Shown here piece by piece: positions 1 through 14,430 of a stretch of DNA of 64,000 nucleotides (positions are counted from its first letter, which is position 1; each line of letters opens with the position of its first letter). The notes beneath the pieces were generated by a model. It did not search any database, had not been told where the DNA came from, and was given only the letters and a program-made list of their open reading frames with translations. This stretch comes from the human T2T-CHM13v2.0 reference genome, Homo sapiens. The position numbers and the translations under genes are program-made. The stretch lies in NCBI RefSeq assembly GCF_009914755.1, contig NC_060930.1, one strand, 5' to 3'.

Positions 1-1399
1 AATTTTATTTCTACGCTTTTGTACATCACAGTCACATACATCAAATGGTTTCCTCAAGGCATAATGCATCCAATATTTTTGATATAGGATGCTTTTGTTG
101 TACCATTAGGTAAATACATAATTTACATCTAATAGAAGGGCAACTATTTAAGATCAGTAAGCTTTATCTGTAATTTCCTTTCTCTAGAATAAATAGTTTC
201 CTTTTTCCATTCATTCAAAATAAAAATTTCTATGTCCAATTGGTAGAAAACTTTCTACTTGCTATATTGCCTGTGGGTAGCTCCTTCCACTTCAGTGAAC
301 ATCTATGATCCCATGTATGTGAATATGGAACCTATATAGCTTCTATAGACTAGTTATCCAGAACTCTACAATACTAAGAGCTTGTGAAATGCTGACACAT
401 TGATCTGCTTTGACTTACAGTAGTATCCAAGCCTACACGATAGAAATATAAACTTACAAATAATTTTAGCTGCATCCTTTCAAAACCCAGAAAATTCACA
501 CATGTAGCACTATTAGTATTAATTATATCAATAGTACTATATATTTATTCATTCTTAAACTGTACTACATTCACTCATCTCTCAATAAAGCTTACAAATT
601 GTTTTAAAATAGCCATTATGCATTAGTTCTCTTTAGTTGAGATGTAAGTTTTCCTTTGGAAAACAGATAATATAAAATAAATTAGCTAAAGTCAAGTCTT
701 TTTCTGTTTATGCAAAGGAGAAAGAATAATAATATAATAATGTTATTGGTAGGGAAACATATATTACATATATTGCAGAATGTACAATCTCTTCTTTGTT
801 AGGAAATCACTCACTGCTGAAAGACAAATTGATGACAACTTTGTTATTGTAAAGTACTTCTGATATCACACTATTCCCATCGTGATCTTTACCAGCATAT
901 TACTGTGTCTGAACCCAAATGTAGTTTAATGATAAGCTTTCTAGAAGAACTGAAAGGAGATTTAATTTAGTCCCAGAAAAAATCTATTTCTATATAATCA
1001 CAGAAAATCAAAATCTATATAGTCAAGGAAAGTCTGTTTCTACTAATGACTCAAAGATGGTTATTTCTATAAATAGAAAACATACAATTCTTATGGAAAG
1101 TGTCATAAAACTATTTCTCGATGAAGCTGTCTGAGATTTCAATGAAGACAGAGGAGAACACTTTCCAGGACATATATTCTTATATTCTCACAAGTTTACC
1201 ATAAATCCCAAGAAAAACAAATGGGGAAACAGCAGTATTATTTGTATAATATCATCCTCTTTGGAATAAAACAGTTATTCTCAGCTAGGGTAATCAAATA
1301 GAGATTACGCAAACTGGAGGATTTTTTTATAGTAGTGTTTGTTTGGCTTTCATGATGTTAGTGAAAATATTTTAAATGCTCCAAATTTCACTTTTTCTA

Positions 1400-2760
1400 C
1401 TTTATCAAAGAGGTTGCTCTTAGGCCATTTTGCTTTCTCCTGTATTTTCAATTGGGCCTTCACTACTTGGCTGTGCATATTGGTTACCACCATGCTTTTT
1501 TCCTAAAAAAAAAAAAACAAAAAAAACCAGAAAACATATTGCTCTTCTAGTCCACTTTTAAACAAAGATTACAGCATCTTCACCTTTCTTTCTACCTTTC
1601 CACAGAATTTCATTTTAAGTTTATTTTAGTTATATTTTATATTTCCTTTTTGAGATTCATATTTATATTTTATAATCATAATCAACTTTTCTCTGCTCTA
1701 TTGATAGGTTAAATCTAAAAGTTGAAAAAATGAGTGATATTGACCTTATTATGATTATAGAAATATTGTTGATTACAGAGCTAACTCACTTCCTTTGCTA
1801 ATTTTCAAACAATACATTTACTTCATCAAAGAAAATGTTTTAACTACTTATACATTACTTAAACATTTATTTGATTTTACATTTGCACTAAGATTTTTTT
1901 CAAGTCCCTCCTCCAAATTTCAAAGATTCCTTAGTAGTTTGTTTTAATATTGAAAAATGTTATATACCTCATTCTCTATATCACCAATAATCTCTAGTGC
2001 TTGCTCATTCTTTTTGTGGACTGAAATTCATTACTATCTTCTTAAACATATCTTTTTTAGAAATCCACTGATTTTCTGTTCTAAGTTGTACCTCTTATTT
2101 TCTAGGTCAATTGCAGAATACTATCTTGAGATTTTTCTTTACTGAACTTTTCTTGATTTTCACTTTGTTTTATTCCCATACTTGTTGAAGTGACATCCCT
2201 AAAAAGACAAATTCCACAACTTTGATCCCCTAGGTGTCTGAAAAAAACTAACCAAAAGCCTGACTGTTTACATAATTTAAGCTTAAAAATCATTTCCCCT
2301 TAGAATCTCTAAGAGTGTATTACAGCATCCACTCTATTCTAGCACCTATTATTGCTGAGGAATAATAAGATTCCAGTTGGATTCTTGTACCTTTTCTAGG
2401 TTATCTTACTTTTCTTTCTGGAAACATTTAGATTATTTTTCCCTTGACTTTTTCTCTGAAAATCTTATGGCCTTCCTACAGCCAAATCTGAAGTACATAT
2501 TTTGATTTTGTTAATCTCTCAGAAGTGTTTCTCAGAATTTAGCACTTCATTCTTATTAAAACATTCTGTTCTATTGGCTTTTAGGGCGACGTATTCCATT
2601 CATATAATGGAGCTATCAAATCTGTAAACTCTTAGACACTCATGCCTTTTCATTTTAGAGTAGCCACACTCAACAATCTTGAAAATGGCAAAATACTTTT
2701 GAGATTGTATTTCTCATTGCCTGATCTAGGGAAAGGAGCTGAACTCGATTGCATGAAAGT
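1400..2760 (-). mobile_element. Highly decayed old L1 (L1M-type) fragment
   Basis: T-rich plus strand with L1M antisense-like phrases (e.g. tttccccttagaatctctaag, tattgctgagga); boundaries approximate. Confidence 0.4.
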
Positions 2761-3068
2761 GCTCTCAAACTTTTCCCAAAGACTATCAAATCAACCCTTG
2801 ACATTTACCTAGATTGCACTTGTAATTTTCTTTTCCTCTTTTGCTTGGGCAGGAACCCCTGATAGGTCTACTACAGACAGGTTGCTGGATGCTCAGGAGT
2901 GTTCTCAATGTCTCAGTGTTTTGGGGGAAGGCTGCACAAATGGGAAATACAGGAAGTTTTATGTCCAGAATTTCTTAGAACCTTTCATGGCCTGATAAAT
3001 TTTAACGTTTTCAAATTATCCCTGTGATTTTGACTAAAGAAAGAAAAACAAATTTCTGTCAAAGCACT

Positions 3069-3538
3069 GCATCTTAGCTTGATTTTCGCCAGATTCAGAT
3101 CCCAAGGAAGGACTAGTTTATTTGGTTGCAGATCTCAGAAAACATTTGTTAAGGAGTGAGAAGTGACATAGAAAATGAAAGAAGACTAAGTATCTTACCA
3201 AGCAAGTTATCCTTGGGAATACTTGGAACCTAATGAGAACCAGAGAACTTTGAGAGTCAGTGAAGAATATGAGTTTCATAACTAATGACAGCATAGCTGT
3301 ATTTACACACCAACTCCCAGCAATTGTTGGATGGGAGCTGCTCCCATAGTGGGGTAAAGGGAAGCCATTCTTCCTCAGCACTTTTGACCCTTTATGAGGC
3401 TGAACTCTGAGTGGTCTCTGCGGGGGTTACATATACTTTGCTCATAGGAAAAGAGATACAGATGCAGGCAGTTGGGAATCCAACAATTTTGCACTGAAAT
3501 GATAAGGATATGGCAGGGAAACTAGCAACACCTACTGC
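3069..3538 (-). mobile_element. ERVL solo LTR, LTR16 family
   Basis: Resembles recalled LTR16 antisense (agtttatttgg...; tatttacacaccaactcccagcaattgttggatgggagctgctccc; gagatacagatgcaggcagttggga). Confidence 0.6.
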
Positions 3539-4006
3539 ACACTGGGATAAAGATAGACCTACAGAAGTGATAATAGCTCAATGAAAGGAATAGGAGAGCT
3601 TTTGACTCTTGTAACAATCTCTCCTTCTCAAATAACTGGGATTTTGTGTTACTAGGTCTCCTGATTGCCCTGTTTCATACAAGGCTCCTAAGTTCTTGAA
3701 TAGTGAATCATTTTTCTATCCAGCCTTTAAATTTTGTTTGTCTCCCATATTATCTTGTTCTCACTCCATATACTATACAAGAAAAAAAGATTACCTATTT
3801 CTATTCTTTTAGGATTTATTTGGTATAGCAAGAGAACTATCACAGCAAGAATCTTTTCACTTGAAATCTAGATCCTTATCTCTAAAAAACCTACTCTGAC
3901 TTTCCTCTTGAATATCATACTGGCACCTCCTACTAAACTTTTTCATTAACAAAGTTAGTATATGAGACCAACTATTCACCTTTTTATAAATTTCTAATTC
4001 CACAGA

Positions 4007-4187
4007 TAGGGGGTTGCCAAATAAAACAGAATGCCCAGTTAAATTCAAATTTCAGGGAAAGAGTAAATACTTTTGTATAGGCAAATCTTAAACAGTACAA
4101 AAAGCATACACATGCTAAAAAAATTCATTATTTTTCCGAAATTCAAATTTAGCTGAATATCCTGTATTTTTAAGTTAAGCAACTCTA
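4007..4187. mobile_element. MER53 palindromic non-autonomous DNA transposon
   Basis: Termini tagggggttgcc...gcaactcta; internal inverted arms acagaatgcccagttaaattcaaatttc / gaaattcaaatttagctgaatatcctgt; ~180 bp. Confidence 0.85.
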
Positions 4188-4199
4188 CATTGATTGTCC

Positions 4200-4880
4200 C
4201 ATGTTTTTTGTTGCTATCCTCCCTCTTTAAACACACCTGGTCAATCACCAAATACTGCTGTGTTCACTTTGTAAATTATTACCCAGTCTACTCTGTATTT
4301 CTAAACAGCTCTATTGCCACTGCATTTGTTATAAACACTCCAATCTCTGTCTTGATTACTTAATTAAAATTTGTCTCTTTTCTCCAAAGTGCTGCCAAGA
4401 TTAGCTCAGACTTGATCATGTTACTTCCTTGAATAATACCTTCATATGGTTTCTAGTTATGCCTAGATCCCAAGTGAAATCCCTACACTGGGCTTATAAC
4501 GCCTCCATGATATATGGTGTATTCTCAGACTTCTTATCCAGCCCAATCTTATGTCAAGTTCTCACTCACAAGTGAAGCTGAAAACACAATGGACATCCTT
4601 TAATTTGTGAAGAAGGACACATTCTTTCCTGCCTCCAGGCCTTCACAATTGCTGTCACTTTCTCAGTGAGTCTATCTCTGATCACACTAGGTTAGGTTTT
4701 CTACTACAAATTTCTTAACTATTTCTTTCCTTTTCATTTTTACCTCATTTGTAATTACTGATGTAATGTCTTTATTCCCCTATAGAATTTAAAGCCCAAA
4801 GCACATGGGCCAATTATTTTTTTTTCTCATTTATTCATCAACATGTCTAAATATATGTGGGATGAATGACTGAATAAACA
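4200..4880 (+). mobile_element. L2 3' fragment
   Basis: L2-like phrases (caatcaccaaatactgctg, ttgatcatgttacttcct, cctgcctccaggccttcac) ending in a tgaatgactgaataaa tail. Confidence 0.6.
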
Positions 4881-6147
4881 TTATCCTGGTGAATGCTATT
4901 AATAAAATAAAACTACCTCTCTTATTGACTTCTTCTGTATCAGAATAACTCTTCTCTCTCTGTCTCTGTCTGTCTGTCTGTCTCTGTTTTTATTATTTTT
5001 TTTTCATAGCCTATGCTGGTCATTAGACTTCCTGGAAACTCTACTTTTCCATCTATCCTAACAGTTTAGAATAATAATAATATCTAAAAGTGCAAATGGC
5101 TTCATTTATATTACCCTTAATACACTTAAAGAGGAAAAATGTCTTCAGGTAGGTCAAAGGGAAAATTGTTACATCATTAATCTGAATTTTAACCAGGTGC
5201 GAATTAGGAGTGAGAATGGAGGACATCAAATAGAATAATTAGAACTAGAGATGGGCAGAAGCAACTGGGGAACCAAAGCTCAGGTTCAATAGTGCAGGAC
5301 CACAAAATTGACAGTTAGAGACTGATTTTGCTTGTACTGATAATTGTACATTATGCCTCTCAGTATTTTGCCATTGTTCTAAAAGTCAAGATAGTATGTT
5401 ATTTTTTCAAGATGGTGGATTGGAGGCTTTTAACATGCCTCAGCCACTTGGAAATACCAAGACAGTGCAGAAAGATAAACTCTGTGAGTTTTAATTCAAG
5501 AAGGAAAATGGGAATCCATCAGAATACTGAAGGATATCCCAGATCCCTGGGAAAACATGAGCCAACAAGCCCCTGTGATGGCATCTGACTGATAAAAGGG
5601 AGTGAAGCCAGAGTACATGAGAGAAGCAGACAGTCTCCCTCTGTGACTCACCTTTTCACTGGGGATTCAAGCAACACAGTCCAAGAGACAACACTTTGTT
5701 CCTTCCAAGTCCTGGAGCTAATGTGAGGAGTGGCTTGGAGGCACAGAGGGGGAAACAACGTGGGAAAATCTGCAGGCATTTTTTCAGCCCTTGGACTGAG
5801 AGCAGGATGTCATTTTTAATCTAGGCACATACAAAGTCAGTCATTCTTTGATGACCTAGCAGCATGGTCACACAGACATTTTAGTCTCTTGCCAAAAACT
5901 GAAGCACTTGCTCTAGAGCAGAGTAGGGCTCTCCACAGCCAAAACTGTGGGAAGTGCCTGAACAGTAGACACTGGAATTATGTTTTCTCTGTCACAGGCC
6001 TGGGGCAGGAGGAGGACTGCTGCAGCTGTGCTTTTTCCTAGACAATGAGACTTGCAGGCAGGGCCAGCTTGGCAACCTGGAACTAGTCTGTGTATTGCTT
6101 TATCGGATGCTCCAGCCTGCTCCCCTGAGTTTGTGATGCAACAGGGC

Positions 6148-6865
6148 CTTTCTGCTCCATCCTCAAGCAGAAATCCAGGCACTTGGGGCACATGTTTCCC
6201 TGGGCCAGCAGTCTTAGCAGCCTCCACCCTTCTTGGGCATAGATTATGTTGCAGTGAGACCTCTCTGCTCTACGCCCAGGCACATCCTCAGGCATTCAGA
6301 GCATCTACTCACCTAGATCAGCAGCTGGTGCCTCCCCACCCTTCCTGGGCAGAGATCTGGGAGCAGTATTGCTCTTTCTTCTCCACACCCAGGCAGATCT
6401 CCAGGCATTTGGAACACCTGCTTTCCTGGTTCAGCACACTGAGTTGTTCCACCTGTCCTGTGCAGAGATCTTGGTGCAGGGGGTACCTCTCTGTTCCATG
6501 CCCGGGTAGCTGGAGCAGTCACTCACCTGAACCAGCAGCCTAAGCTGCCCTATCATTCCTGTTCAGAGGTTTCAGTGCAGTGACAACTTTTCTGCTCCAT
6601 GCTCAGGCTGATCTACAGACATTCAGAGCACCTGTTTGCCTGTATCAGCAACCTGAGCTGCTCCACCCTACCTGTGAAAAGACTGGTACAGTGGGACCCT
6701 CTCTGCCACATGCCCGGACATATTTTCAAGTATTATAGCACCCATCCACTTTAGCAGCCCGAGCCACCTCACCTTTCCTGTGCAGACATTATGGTGCAGC
6801 AGAGCCCCCTATGCTGCACATCCAGGTAGATCTCCAGGCATCTGGAGCACCTACTTTCATGGATT
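6148..6865 (+). repeat. ~6.5 diverged tandem copies of a ~110-bp unit inside the L1 5' UTR
   Basis: Unit ~ctctgctccatgcccaggcagatctccaggcattcagagcacctg...cagcagcctgagctgccccacccttcctgtgcagagatc.tggtgcag starts near 6149, 6262, 6376, 6488, 6591, 6700, 6810. Confidence 0.85.
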
Positions 6866-7450
6866 AGGAGTTTAGGTGACCAACCCCCAATGTAGGAAAC
6901 ATGGAGCCAAGGAGGTTTCCCAGCTCCTAGGCTAAGCACACCGCTGGGCACTTGGTGCTTTCCCACTGAATGATCTCTCAGTGCTGGTGCTTGTGCTTGT
7001 GCTTGCCATTAGGGCACCAATAGGTGAACGTTCCTGGTCTGGCCTCACCTATATGGCCCACTGCCACAATTGGGGTCTAGCCAGGGAGCTCAGGCCACTG
7101 TGCACCCCAGAGATTAGCCCATTGCCTGAGGCAACAGAGAGTTTCTCCCAGTAAGTAAGAATCAAGTATATACCGAGCCGGGTTGACCACAGCTGGTTCT
7201 TACCCGTAAGCACCATCTACTGACTCGTAGGTCAAACCACACAGCCTAATATAAATCCTGCCAAAAGAAGTACATAGGGCTATAGAAGCAAAGCCAAAAG
7301 GCCTTACCGAACACTCCCTACAGTCACATCCCCTCGGGAGAAGAGAAGGAAAAGGAGAAAAAAAGCAATAGTATTATAGGGAAAGAAAGGAAAAGAAAAA
7401 TCCTATCCACATGAAAATTTTACAAAAGGTAGAAGTACCAACATCTCCAA

Positions 7451-8705
<1,255 letters not shown>

Positions 8706-8764
8706 TTACATAGCCTATAATGCAACCACACAATAGAAACTATAAAGAACCATCTAACAGCTTC

Positions 8765-11420
8765 AAAATAGGATCACAATCTCACATACTAATATTAAAA
8801 GCCCCACTTAAAAGGCACAGTTGCAAGTTGGATAAAAAATAAGACCCATCTTTCTGCTGTCTTCAAGAGACTCATTTCACAGGGAATGACGTCCACAGGC
8901 TCAAAATAAAGGGATGGGAAAAAAATCTACCAAGCAAGTGGGAAACAGAAAAAAGAAGAAGATGCAATCCTCATTTTAGAAAAAACAGACTTTAAACCAG
9001 TAATAGTAAAAAGGGACAAAGAAAGGCGTTACATAATGGTGAAGGAGTAAATTCAACAAGAAAACTTAACTAGCCTAAATATATATGCACCCAACATTGG
9101 AATGCGAAGTTCAGAAGAAAAAAATTTCTAGGCCTTTGGGAAGACTTAGACAACCCACAATGATAGCGAGAGACTTCAACACCCCACTTACAGCATTAGA
9201 CAGATCATTGAGGCAGAGAACCAACAAAGATGGACTTAAATTAGACCCTTAACCAATTGGACCTAATAGACATCTACCGAATACTCCACTTATCAGCCAC
9301 AGAATATACATCCTTCTCATCTACACATGAAACATAATTCAAGATTGACCAAAATCTTGCAAAGACATAACAACAACAACAAAAACTACAGGCCAATATC
9401 CCTGATGAACATAGATGTAAAAATCCTCCACAAAATACTAACAAACCAAATCCAGCCACACATCAAAAAATTAATCTACCACAATCAAATAGGCTTCATT
9501 TCTGGAATGCAAGGTTGATTCAATATATGCAAATCAATGAATGTGATTCACTATATAAACAGAATTAGAAACAAAAATCAAATGATCATATCAATAGACA
9601 CAGAGAAAGCTTTCGATAAAATCCAGCATCCCTTCATGATAAAAACCCTCTACAAACTAGGCATTGAAGAAACATACCTCAAAACAATAAGAGCCATCTA
9701 TGACAAACCCACAAACAACATCATACTGAATGGACTAAAACTTGAACAATTTCCCTTGAGAACTGGAAGAAGACAATAATGTCCACTCTTACCACTCTTG
9801 TTTACCATAATACTGGAAGTCATAGATAATGCAATAACACAAGAAGAATAAATAAAATGTGTCAAATAGGAAAAGAAGTCAAATTACGGCTCTTTGCTCA
9901 TGATATTATTCTACCTCTAGAAAAACCCTAAAAACTCCTCCAAAAGGCTCCTGGAACAGATAAATGACTTCAGTAAAATTTCAGGACACAAAATCAATAT
10001 ACACTATCAGTAGCAATTTTATACACCAATAGAGTTCAAGATGGAAGCCAAATTAAAAATGCAATCCCATTTACAATAGCCATACACACAAAAAGACACC
10101 TAGAATTACATCTAATCATGGAGGTAAAATATCTCTATAAGGAGAACTGCAAAACACTGAAGAAATCATAGATGACACAAACGAACAAAAAAATCATTCC
10201 TTGCTCACGGATTAGAAAGATCAATATTGTTGAAATGACCATGCTGCCCAAATCAATCTTCAGATTCAATGATATTTCTATCAACTACCAATGTTATTGT
10301 TCAAAGATTTAGAAGATACTATTCTACAATTCATATGGAAGCAAAAAAGAGCCAAAATCACCAAGTAATTCTAAGCAAAAAGAACAAAACTGGAGGTATC
10401 ACATTAGCCGACTTCAAACTATACTATAAGGCTACATTAATTAAAATAGCATGAAACTGGTACAAAAACAGACACACAGACCAATGGAACATAATAGATA
10501 ACCAAGAAATAAAATTGCACATGTACAGCCATCTGATCTTCAACAAAGTCAACAAAAACAAGCAATAGGGAAAGGACTCCCTATTCAATAAATGGTGCTG
10601 AGACAGCTGACTAGTTATATGTATGAGAATGAGGCTGGACCCCTACCTTTCACCATAGACAACAATTAATTCAAGATGAATTGGAGATTTAAATGTAAGA
10701 CCTCAAACTATAAGAATGCTAGAAGAAAACCTAGGAAACACCATTCTGGACATCAGCCTTGGGAGAGAATTTATGACTAAGTTTTTAAAAGCATTTGCAA
10801 TAAAAACGAAAATTGACAAGTGGGTCCTAATTAAACTAAAAAGCTTCTGCACTGCAAAAACAAAAAACAAAATAAAACAATAACAACAAAAAACAACAAC
10901 AACAAAAACCTATCAACAGAGTAAACAGGCAAGCTACAGAATGGGAGAAAATATTTGCAAATTGTGCAGCTGACTAAGGTCTCAGATTTAGAATCTATCA
11001 GGAACTTAATTCAACAAATAATTCCATTATTTCCATTATAAAATTGGCAAAACACATGTATGAACCCTTTCCAAAAGATGACATACAAGTCAAAAAATAT
11101 ATGAAAAAATGTTCATCAACACCAATCACCAGAGAAATGAAAATCAAAATCACAATGAGATATCATTTCACACCAGTCAGAATGTCTTTTATTAAAAAGT
11201 CAAAAAATAACAGATACTGGAAAGGCTGAAGAGAAAAATGAATGCTTATACATTGTTGGTGAGAATGTAAGTTAGTTCAGCCACTGGGGAGAGCAGTTTG
11301 GAGATTTTCTCAAAGAACTTAAAACACAACTACCATTTGACCCAGCAATCCCATTATTGGGTATATATCCAAAAGAAAATAAATCTTTCTACCAAAAAGG
11401 CACGTGCACTTGTATATTCT
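8765..11420 (+). pseudogene. Decayed L1 ORF2 (endonuclease/reverse transcriptase)
   Basis: EN motifs (NIYAPN, DFNTPL); RT FADD motif reads LFAHDII near 9891; many stops; ~1 kb internal deletion near 9350. Confidence 0.85.
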
Positions 11421-11424
11421 AATA

Positions 11425-12005
11425 GATGATGTCCGTTAATAAGCAAATGGATAAACTGTGTTATATCCAGAAAATTGAATATGATTCAGCATTGAAAATT
11501 ATTAGCTATCAAGCCATACAAAGACACAGAGGAAACTTAAATGTATATTACTAAGTAAAAGAGTCTAGTAGTCTTACAAGGCTACAGTACCATATGATTC
11601 CAAATATATGACATTCTGGAAAAATTTATAACTGTGGAAATGATAAAAAGATCAGTGGTTCCCAGGAGCTAGGAGGGAGGGGATGATAAGAAACAGAACA
11701 CAAGGATTTTCGGGCAGTAAAATATTTCATATGATACTCTAATGATGTATAAATGTCATTACACATTTATCTGAGCCCATAGAAACTACACCAGCAAGAG
11801 AGAACCCTAATGTCAACTATAGACCCCAGGAGGTAAAGATGTGTCAATGTAGGTTCATCAGCTGTATCAAATGTACCTCTCTGGTGTGGGATGTTGATGG
11901 TGGGGGAGGCTATGCATATGTAGAGCAGGGGATATATAGAACTCTGTGCTTTCTGCTCAATTTTGCTGTTAAATAAACTGCTTTAAAAATATCTATTAAT
12001 TTTTT
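11425..12005 (+). mobile_element. L1MC1-type 3' end
   Basis: gctatcaagccat...aaacttaaatgtatattactaagt...atgtgtcaatgtaggttcatc...tgctcaattttgctg; parallels the copy at ~31270-31815. Confidence 0.8.
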
Positions 12006-12373
12006 TATAAAACAAAGCACCATTAAACGAACACTAAACGTGGGTCTTAATAACTAGAAATATTTGTCTTCAGGATGACAGTTAAAGATGACAGAATTCA
12101 GTAAAATTTCATAGAATATAATTCTGTTGAGCAAAACAGTAGATAACTGACATCTGAACAAAATTGGTAAGTGTATTAAAATCAAACATAAGCTACCCTG
12201 TATTTCCCTAGGGATTTTATTGGTGGTCTATTCAAAATCATGCTTATATACACTCTTATCCACCTATTGATTCTTTTGTCAAATTAATTATTGTGTCCTT
12301 AAGAATCAACATTGTTTTCTATGATACAAAAAAGAGTCAATATAATTACAGATAAATTATATCTAAATATTAC

Positions 12374-12761
12374 TATCTTAAACAGTTTGGACTGCTTTAA
12401 CAAAGTATCATAGAATGAGTGGCTTATAAACAACAGAAATTTATTTCTCACAGTTCCAGAGGGTAGAAGCTCCAGATCAGGGTATCAGCCTGGTCGGTTT
12501 GGATGAAGACCCTCTTCTAGACTGTAGACTCAGCCTGCTGGATTTTGGTGAAGACTCTCTTCTAGGTTATAGACTGCCTACTCTCTGTCCTCACAAGGTA
12601 GAAAGAGAGAGTTAGCTTTCTGGACTTCCTTGCAAGGGCACCCATTCACAAAAGCTCCATCCTCATGACCTAAGTACCTCACCACCTCTAAATATTATCA
12701 CATTAGAGATTAGATTTCGATACATAAATTTGGGGGAGACATAAACATTCCATCCATAACG
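12374..12761 (-). mobile_element. MaLR solo LTR MLT1A0-like
   Basis: ggcttataaacaacagaaatttatttctcacagttc...aatttgggggagacataaacattc; 5-bp TSD attac/attgc. Confidence 0.85.
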
Positions 12762-14279
12762 ATTGCTTTCTAGAAAATAGAATAATGCATAATTAAATAT
12801 AGGTATGCCGCTAAGTTTTGATTATTTTTAATTTGGTGATCTTGATATCAGCACGAATAGAGGTTTAATTATTTCAAGGAATTGTGAAGAACAGCTTTGG
12901 TAGAATACAGTAAAATCTGATTTTTTTTTTGGCACGTGCTTTAGATTTTATCTGTGCTGCTCATTTGCCTTGCTGAAATGAGCAGATTTTAAGTGGGAGT
13001 TTCTTTTCTTTGCATTTAAAATAACTCAGTTGTTGAAAAATATTGTTCATGTGAGCCAATTGATTTTGTTAAAAGCCTAAGAAAATTTTAAAATGTTTTT
13101 AATATAGATTGAAATGATTAAGGAAAAGAAATAATAATAAAAATATTGTTCTATAAAGGAAATTGCAATGCTCACACATAGACTGAAGAATCTGATACTC
13201 TCTTAAATCTGCTAATGTGATCTTCAGTTCATGTAACTAATACATTATTGATATTTCGTGTAGATACTTGTATTATTGTTTTAAGATCCAACAGCAGAAA
13301 TTCACAACCAAACATCATTTGTAATGGGTAGTGCACATAACATAAACTTCGTTTTGGGGTAGTGTCTGTTTAAGGCCACCTCTCATATTATATAAATGCT
13401 CAAATCTATTTTGCTTGAATCTCGATGCTCCAGCATTTTCTCAATTAGCTGTACCAGATCAATTCCTTTTATCCTGTTTAAATCTCACTGGAGGGCTACA
13501 TATTCATTCACAGACCTTAATCGAGATTCTAGAAAGTACCTTCTAATATTTTCTTGACAGCTTCCAATTTTTTTTCAGTGTATAGTTTCCTTGTTATAAA
13601 AAAATGAATACAAAACAACAGAAAGAAATTGATAAAGCACATAGGTAGATCACAAAGCTGATGTTTCTTCATTGATTTTAAGGATTTTTGCCATTTTTAA
13701 ACTGTTATTATAGACCATGTCATGGAAGCCTAATATAGAGAACAATGACTATTTTTCACCAAAAATTTGGTAAGAAGTTAGGCAAACAAGATTCAGTAGT
13801 TTTTAAAATGTAGTTCAGCTGAATTCACAGGAATCTCCATATTGCCAATGAGTATTAAGTAAGGGATATCACAGAAATGTATTTTAGAAAAGATTGGAAT
13901 ATCATGGTTCTGAGAACAGTAAAGTGCTGCTCTGGAATTTTTAAAAAGACAGGCATCATTCAAATGGTGAATTTATAGCTATAAATAAAGTGGTCTTTCC
14001 CATAAGTTTTTCATAACTCCTATGTGCACAGTGCCACCAACAGGAAAGACATGAACTATCAAATAAGGATGCATTTCAAATTCAAAGGGAAACTACAGAT
14101 TTTGAATAATCTTGAAGAGTATAATAACTTTCAGCTGCTATACCATGTCTCTGAGCCATTCTAATCTTGACTAATAACGTTAGCCATTCAAGTAACTACT
14201 TTGCTTTTTGTCTAATATGGAGCAGTATTATTATATACTTAGGGTGCATTGCACTGATATTCAAATATTTTGAAAATGA

Positions 14280-14430
14280 CCTGTAGTAAAAATTTTTTAT
14301 TGTGACCCATAATACATGCATATGCACCCACATACACACAGTTGAAATAAAATTCCAGAAAACAATATTTTAACTTAACATTGTGCAGTAAACTTTAATA
14401 TTTCATTTTTCTATCCTATTTCATATTTTT
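14280..14430. mobile_element. Possible hAT-Charlie-type DNA transposon fragment
   Basis: Weak resemblance (tgtgaccca...gttgaaataaaattccagaaaacaata); family not identified. Confidence 0.3.

Noticed and set aside
6052-6543. 163-aa ORF, longest in the window
   Set aside because: Starts at TTG, lies largely in the GC-rich L1 5' UTR tandem array, and has no recognisable domain
6148-6865. Periodic array superficially like CRISPR
   Set aside because: Whole units are homologous with no unique spacers; eukaryotic L1 context; no cas genes
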